NCBI GenBank assembly: GCA_964417855.1 | Contig: CAYQJB010000001.1 | Location: 38,709 to 102,708, forward strand | Direction of reading: 5' to 3' | Length of the DNA: 64,000 nucleotides | Origin: an uncultured Candidatus Saccharibacteria bacterium | GTDB taxonomy: Bacteria; Patescibacteriota; Minisyncoccia; Phycocordibacterales; CAIZLB01 | Part shown: one piece after another, positions 58,695-64,000 of the stretch | How positions within the stretch are numbered: position 1 is the first letter of the stretch | How the letters are laid out: each line of letters opens with the position of its first letter | Notes under the pieces: generated by a model | What the model was told of the DNA's origin: nothing | Databases searched by the model: none | What the model saw: only the letters and a program-made list of their open reading frames with translations | Translations under genes and position numbers: made by a program

Positions 58695-59396
58695 TTACGG
58701 AATTGGAGTAGTGGGTGTTGTACAATTAAGTCCTGGATTAGGAACCCCCGGATTCTCAACTCTTATCTGCCCAGTAACTTCAACTACAATAGCTCTACAG
58801 TTTGTCCCCTCCGCATTGTTTACAATAATTCTTGCAGGACCCACAGCCTGAGTGACACCAAGACTAGCATCAACAACATAAAAAGTAGCCTCAGGATTTG
58901 GTCTTTTAAACATTATAGCTAGTTTTTCACTAGATTGCAGAGACATACAGGCAGGGTCAGTACCATGGGCGACGCAAGCTCCTGTAATTTTATTTCCTCT
59001 CTGGTTCTGAATTTGATACATTGATTGAACTTCTGATGGTTGACCATCAGACTCAAGTATGCGGGGCACTTTGTTATCATCAGCGTCACCAAATACAACA
59101 ACTTGATTTGAAATTCCCATATCAAAATACGCACCATATCCCATATTAAAATTAGGATTGGCAGAGGCTGTTGCTCTCACTCCAATACCATAGGTCTGTG
59201 CCTCTCTTACAGAAAGTGCAGTCTCATACGCAAGGTTCGTTATCAAAATACTACTATTCAATCCAGTCTGATTAAATAATGCAGCACCCATAATTACAGC
59301 AAAAATACCAAGAACAACAATAAGCTCAATCATAGTAAACCCCCCATTCTTTAGCTTTACAATCTGCTTATTTTTTTTAGAAAAAATTACCTTCAT
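58695..59396 (-). CDS. minor type IV pilin/pseudopilin
   Basis: GFTMIELIVVLGIFAVIM. Confidence 0.6.
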   Translation of the reverse strand: MKVIFSKKNKQIVKLKNGGFTMIELIVVLGIFAVIMGAALFNQTGLNSSILITNLAYETALSVREAQTYGIGVRATASANPNFNMGYGAYFDMGISNQVVVFGDADDNKVPRILESDGQPSEVQSMYQIQNQRGNKITGACVAHGTDPACMSLQSSEKLAIMFKRPNPEATFYVVDASLGVTQAVGPARIIVNNAEGTNCRAIVVEVTGQIRVENPGVPNPGLNCTTPTTPIP

Positions 59397-59437
59397 TAGC
59401 TATATTGTAACACAACAGAAAACAAGAAAATAGTAAA

Positions 59438-60442
59438 TTATGAATTAAATATCGCAAGAAAATCCATTACAGAAATATTTAAGAAGAATACAATCAACAG
59501 TCCAAGTATTAGGAATGGTGCAAACGGTATCTCACTTTGAAATTTAACAGAATACAGTTGCTTGAAATCACTTTGTATTCCCATTCTATTCTTTCTGTTT
59601 GCCGTCTTTTTTGATATAAATTTCATCACAGCAACGCCTCCCATTGCAATAAGTGATATTATTGCTCCAATCCAGAAGGCAAAAACAACAGCTGAGAAGC
59701 CATATTTAACTCCAAGAAGCCATCCGATTCCTAACCCGAGCTTTGCATCACCAAGTCCCATCCACTTCCCTCCTGAGATAAGCCAAATGAAATAGAATGG
59801 AAATGCAACGAAGATTCCAGAAAGTAGCATCATATACCCATCAAAGTTCAGTGGTATGCCAAAAAGAATACTAGAAGTTTCATAATTGAAGCTGAGAAAA
59901 ATCTGAAGAAATGCTATAGCAGCAAATGCGTATGAGAATTCATCGGGAATAATTTTATGCTTGAAATCATAAACTGTCATCAGAACCAGCAAACACATAA
60001 TTATTAAAGATACCCCTACAGATACACCAAAAATTAATGGCGACACCTCAAGTATTGCTGCGTTTTTTAAATATACAAACAAAAACAGAACGGCAGTGAA
60101 AATCTCTACCAATACATATTGTGGAGATATCTTACTTTTACACGTTCTACATTTTCCTTTTAGGAATATCCAACTGAAAATTGGGAACAGGTCTATTACA
60201 GACAATGTTCTTCTGCACGATGGACATTTAGAGCGACCCCCCAACCCCCTCCCTGTATTAAATCTATATAAAACTACATTCAAGAAACTTCCAATAATGG
60301 CGCCAAAAATAAAAAAGGCAAATGATAAGAAAATGGTCATGTCTATATAATACATTATTATTGGTGTGCTGGCGATTGGGTAGTTTCCAGCTGTATTTTG
60401 TGATTTTAGAACAACAAAAAAACCGAGCCGGAATATCTCCAA
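59438..60442 (-). CDS. pilD: prepilin peptidase (A24 family)
   Basis: CPSCRR...CRTC zinc tetracysteine and GLGDAKL catalytic Asp motif. N-terminal extension in the track ORF may be spurious. Confidence 0.8.
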   Translation of the reverse strand: MEIFRLGFFVVLKSQNTAGNYPIASTPIIMYYIDMTIFLSFAFFIFGAIIGSFLNVVLYRFNTGRGLGGRSKCPSCRRTLSVIDLFPIFSWIFLKGKCRTCKSKISPQYVLVEIFTAVLFLFVYLKNAAILEVSPLIFGVSVGVSLIIMCLLVLMTVYDFKHKIIPDEFSYAFAAIAFLQIFLSFNYETSSILFGIPLNFDGYMMLLSGIFVAFPFYFIWLISGGKWMGLGDAKLGLGIGWLLGVKYGFSAVVFAFWIGAIISLIAMGGVAVMKFISKKTANRKNRMGIQSDFKQLYSVKFQSEIPFAPFLILGLLIVFFLNISVMDFLAIFNS

Positions 60443-60475
60443 ACTCGGTTTTTAATTCTCCCAAACTATGTCAAA

Positions 60476-60901
60476 TTAACTTCCACAAACACCCCCCGTA
60501 ACTGTATTTCCTGTTGTAGAAGCTGATTTTCCAGTACTATCTACACACCAATATGCGCCAGACGTCTTTGCTGCTACAGCCCAAGCTGTAGTTGATGCGG
60601 TACAATAAACGGAATTTACTGGTGAAGTTTTTGTCTTAACATCCGTTATAAGAGTTTTTAAGCCTGTATCTGCGATAAAAATACCACCGGTACAGTCAGC
60701 AGAACTACTGTAACTTCCAGCTGTCGAATAATACAACTCCGCCTGAGCTCTCATGTTTGAAAGCTCAGATTGGATAGCTGCATCCTGTCCTTTTGTTCTC
60801 GCTGTTGTAAGTGAAGCTAACACAACAGATGAAAGAATACCGATGATAGCAATAACTACCAAGAGCTCGATCAATGTGAAACCTTTATTTGAATTTTTCA
60901 T
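60476..60901 (-). CDS. pilA: major type IV pilin
   Basis: MKNSNKGFTLIELLVVIAIIGILSSVVLAS prepilin signature, 141 aa. Confidence 0.8.
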   Translation of the reverse strand: MKNSNKGFTLIELLVVIAIIGILSSVVLASLTTARTKGQDAAIQSELSNMRAQAELYYSTAGSYSSSADCTGGIFIADTGLKTLITDVKTKTSPVNSVYCTASTTAWAVAAKTSGAYWCVDSTGKSASTTGNTVTGGVCGS

Positions 60902-60984
60902 AAACTATTTTTAAATTTAATTGTTATAACAATGAGACTGGCCGAAAACCGAAACTGATTTTTAACTTGATTTTGATTTCAAAA

Positions 60985-61011
60985 TTACGTGAGTGTCTTA
61001 AATAGACATTC
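60985..61011. promoter_or_regulatory. 27-bp near-perfect palindrome CGTGAGTGTCTTAAATAGACATTCACG upstream of pilA
   Basis: Read directly. A second 12-bp palindrome TTGTTATAACAA at 60921-60932. Confidence 0.35.
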
Positions 61012-61107
61012 ACGTATGTTTAATTATATACTATATATACAAATAGGCTATTTTGATGTGTGGATAGGTCATTTGCGTCCATTACTTTTTTCCTTCTTTC
61101 CCAATTA

Positions 61108-62319
61108 CTACATAGATGAAGACACGTTGTAAATAGGAATCAAAACTGACGCGAGCAAGAATCCAACACCAAGACCAAGTGCAACAATCATAATAGGTTC
61201 AATCAAGTCCACAAGTGTATCAACTGCTTGCATAACCTCTCTTTGATAGAATTTAGCAAGAGTCTTTAGAATTCCACCCACATCTCCCGTCTCCTCTCCA
61301 ACCTTAACCATCTGTACCATAATTCCTGGAATTTCTTTTTGATAGGGCATCAATGAATCAGACAATGACTTACCACCTCTAACCGCTTCCAATGCGTCAT
61401 TCAACAAATCTTCATAAACTTTATTGTCCACAACCTTACTTGTAAGTTCAAGTGCTTTAACCATAGGAACACCAGAAATTAGCTGTGTGTTCATGTTATC
61501 TGCAATTCTTGAAAGATACAGTTTCTTATACAAACTACTTACATAAGGAATCTCTAATTTAAATTTTGCAAACGAGTCCTTGCCAGCTGGTGTTCTTGCG
61601 TAATAAATAAGTAAAATAATTCCTGCAATGAACACCGCCAAAAAGAAGAATCCATATCTCACCATAAAATTACTAAGTCCAATAACAATTTTTGTATAAA
61701 TAGGAACCTCTTGTCCAGAATCAAGAATAATTGAAGAGATTTTTGGAATAACCACAGTAAGCATCAGAATCATAACGGCAAAGAATGTGAAGATAACAAA
61801 GGCTGGATAAATTAAGGCATTCTTAACCTTTGATGAAACTTCATAACTTCTATCAAGATAGTCAGCTAGGTATTCAAATGTCTCATCCAACTTACCAGAC
61901 TCCTCCCCCGCCTTGATCATGTTTGTATAAAAAGAGGAGAAAACTCTTGGATGCTTTGACAAAGCAGATGACATGGATGTACCACCCTGAATATCTTCTG
62001 CAACTTCTGAAAGAATTATTCTAAGATTCTTATTCTCCATTTCCCCCGCTAGCAATCTAAAGATTCTAAGAGCAGAAACCTGCGCAGTAAAGAGTGTAGC
62101 CAACTGACGAGACAAAATAACAATATCCTTGTTTGAGATACCTGTACCAAAAATAGCCAAATCTCTACTTAAAAGACCTTTATCTTCAGCTGGCTTAATT
62201 GAGGAAATTGTCAGATTTCTTCTTTGAAGAGAGTTTATGGCAATATCAACATTGATTGCATCAATTGTTCCTTCACTCTCGGCTCCACCTTCTCCTATTG
62301 CTTTGTATTTGAATAACAT
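61108..62319 (-). CDS. pilC: type IV pilus platform protein (GspF/PilC family)
   Basis: Two GspF-like repeats with three TM segments, approx 400 aa. Confidence 0.8.
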   Translation of the reverse strand: MLFKYKAIGEGGAESEGTIDAINVDIAINSLQRRNLTISSIKPAEDKGLLSRDLAIFGTGISNKDIVILSRQLATLFTAQVSALRIFRLLAGEMENKNLRIILSEVAEDIQGGTSMSSALSKHPRVFSSFYTNMIKAGEESGKLDETFEYLADYLDRSYEVSSKVKNALIYPAFVIFTFFAVMILMLTVVIPKISSIILDSGQEVPIYTKIVIGLSNFMVRYGFFFLAVFIAGIILLIYYARTPAGKDSFAKFKLEIPYVSSLYKKLYLSRIADNMNTQLISGVPMVKALELTSKVVDNKVYEDLLNDALEAVRGGKSLSDSLMPYQKEIPGIMVQMVKVGEETGDVGGILKTLAKFYQREVMQAVDTLVDLIEPIMIVALGLGVGFLLASVLIPIYNVSSSM

Positions 62320-62339
62320 CTTTTTTAGATTTGTTTAAA

Positions 62340-63401
62340 TTATACCATTCTTTCTAGATTTTTTGGATTCAAAGAATGCTTATATGCAGATTCAATTGAA
62401 ATTTCCCCACGTCTTACTAGCTCCGCAAGGGACCTATTCATATCAATCATACCATCACCCATTCCCGTTTCAATTACGGTATTTATTTCATATGATCTTT
62501 TCTCTCTAATTAAGTTTGCTGTTGCGTTGTTTGCAATCATAAGCTCAAAGGCAGGAACCATTCCACCTGAAATTTTTGGAATTAATCTTTGTGAAAATAT
62601 TCCGGTTAAGGATGATGCCAGCTGTGTTCTAATTTGATCCTGTTGTTCAGGTGGAAATGAATCTATAATTCTATCAATGGTTTGCGATGCATTATTAGTA
62701 TGAAGTGTTGAAAGAACTAAGTGACCAGTCTCGGCTGCTGTTACCGCAGCTGATATTGTCTCCGTATTCCTCATCTCTCCCAATAGAATAACGTTAACGT
62801 CTTGACGCAAAACTGAGGTTAGTGCAGCTTCAAAACTATTTGTATCAACAAAAATCTCTCTTTGGTCAATAATAGATTTCTTTTGTTCATACAAATATTC
62901 AATGGGGTTTTCAATTGTGATAATATGTTCTGCTCTTTCTTGATTAATAAGTTCAACCATAGACGCCAGGGTTGTTGACTTGCCTTGTCCAACTGGACCA
63001 ACTACCAAAAAGAAACCTTGCTTCATTCTGGCAAAGCTTTCCAGAATTTCTGGTAACCCTAACTCCTTAAGTGTCTTTATTTTATTTTGAATAAGTCTAA
63101 GTGCAATAGTATGAGCACTTCTTTGTATATACGCATTACCTCTAAATCTTGACACTTCATTAAACTGATACGAGAAGTCCAACTCTTTATTGTCTAAAAA
63201 TCTTTTACGAGAAGCTTCATCTATCATTAAATTTAACAAGGAATCAATATCATCATGTGTAAGAAGTGGTTTTTTAACTAATGGAATTAAAACCCCATTA
63301 ACTCTAACTGTTGGATGTCTACCCTCAGACAAGTGTAAATCAGACGCCCCCTCTAGGGTAACTGTTGATAAAAGGTCTTTTAATTCTTGTTCGTAATTCA
63401 T
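62340..63401 (-). CDS. pilT: type IV pilus retraction ATPase
   Basis: Walker A GPVGQGKSTT, Walker B ILLGEMR, 353 aa (PilT/PilU size, not PilB). Confidence 0.8.
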   Translation of the reverse strand: MNYEQELKDLLSTVTLEGASDLHLSEGRHPTVRVNGVLIPLVKKPLLTHDDIDSLLNLMIDEASRKRFLDNKELDFSYQFNEVSRFRGNAYIQRSAHTIALRLIQNKIKTLKELGLPEILESFARMKQGFFLVVGPVGQGKSTTLASMVELINQERAEHIITIENPIEYLYEQKKSIIDQREIFVDTNSFEAALTSVLRQDVNVILLGEMRNTETISAAVTAAETGHLVLSTLHTNNASQTIDRIIDSFPPEQQDQIRTQLASSLTGIFSQRLIPKISGGMVPAFELMIANNATANLIREKRSYEINTVIETGMGDGMIDMNRSLAELVRRGEISIESAYKHSLNPKNLERMV

Positions 63402-63425
63402 ATTTTTTATTTTAATAGTTTAAAA

Positions 63426-63842
63426 TTATATAGAAACACCTACCCTTCTATCTTTTGTTCTCTCTAAAAGAGCAAAAACTTCTGTGACAATTTCTGATGG
63501 AATAGATGTTGCCTTAACAATATAACCATCAACACCAAGACTTTTGGCCTTCTCAATATCAGATGGCTGTCCTTGATTACTAAGCATCATAATAGCAGCT
63601 CTCTTTGCTAGGCCGTCCACCCTGATTGCGTTCAACGCCTCTATGCCATCCATTACAGGCATTACAACATCCAGAAGAATGACATCAGGTTCGTATCCAT
63701 CCTTTAGTTTGGTAACAGCAACCAAACCATTGCCAGCTAAAGTAACATCAAATCTATTATTGGTAAATTTTATTGAATACATATTCAATAAAAACTTATC
63801 ATCATCCACAATCATTACTTTAAATGGTATATCTCCGTTCAT
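63426..63842 (-). CDS. single-domain CheY-like response regulator receiver
   Basis: IMIVDDD..., phospho-acceptor D in ILLDVVMP, conserved K in GYIVK. Confidence 0.75.
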   Translation of the reverse strand: MNGDIPFKVMIVDDDKFLLNMYSIKFTNNRFDVTLAGNGLVAVTKLKDGYEPDVILLDVVMPVMDGIEALNAIRVDGLAKRAAIMMLSNQGQPSDIEKAKSLGVDGYIVKATSIPSEIVTEVFALLERTKDRRVGVSI

Positions 63843-63933
63843 GTTTTTATTATATCACAAAACAATTACAAAAAAATGTAGATAGTAACATTCCAACATA
63901 AAAAAAACACTTCTCTCTACGCAATAGATCTTA

Positions 63934-64000
63934 CTAAACTTTACTGATTTCTTCCATCGGAATAACTTTATTTAAAGCCTTGATTGTAGCATCCTCTTTC
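63934..64000 (-). CDS. partial CDS (C-terminal 22 codons ...KEDATIKALNKVIPMEEISKV), gene continues beyond the window
   Basis: Hand translation of the minus strand; stop TAG at 63934-63936. Confidence 0.3.
   Translation of the reverse strand, partial: KEDATIKALNKVIPMEEISKV

Overview
The window reads as an AT-rich (roughly 32-35% GC by eye) small-genome bacterium, Candidate-Phyla-Radiation/Patescibacteria-like by inference, with almost all genes on the minus strand. Housekeeping genes recognised: lexA, pyrG, malic enzyme, DEAD-box helicase, ftsE/ftsX, prfB (RF2), gatC/gatA, ligA and a class IV aminotransferase. Seven tRNA genes are present, four of them clustered around a LAGLIDADG homing endonuclease. 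A type IV pilus cluster (four minor pilins, pilD, pilA, pilC, pilT, CheY-like regulator) closes the window. A mannoside-salvage block combines GH130 phosphorylases, a eukaryotic-type HAD-IIB phosphomannomutase and a cupin phosphomannose isomerase. A dinJ/yafQ-like toxin-antitoxin pair sits between ligA and gatC. Three GC-richer islands stand out: pyrC-pyrD, a hypothetical gene at 9864-10487, and two tandem Gly/Tyr-rich lipoproteins. The most unusual content is a pair of MazF/EndoA-family RNase toxin genes with no MazE-like antitoxin (40783-41202, and a frame-split copy at 15269-15687), plus a NYN-domain RNase gene. All three share a conserved leader motif overlapping short MKI mini-ORFs. All three carry a convergent plus-strand promoter-like element and hairpin overlapping their 3' ends, which would suit antisense-RNA control. 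The split mazF copy is broken exactly at a canonical A_AAA_AAG -1 frameshift heptamer. Other notable items are a type IV pilin gene between ftsE and ftsX interrupted at a G9 tract (candidate phase variation), and a family of perfect 28-bp GGGGTCAGGCACC..GGTGCCTGACCCC palindromes with degenerate relatives. Two unrelated enzymes carry SAPR/YSPS-type N-terminal low-complexity extensions. An atypical CAU tRNA lies next to a canonical one. Every coordinate and motif was read by eye from the sequence, and no database search or folding program was run.
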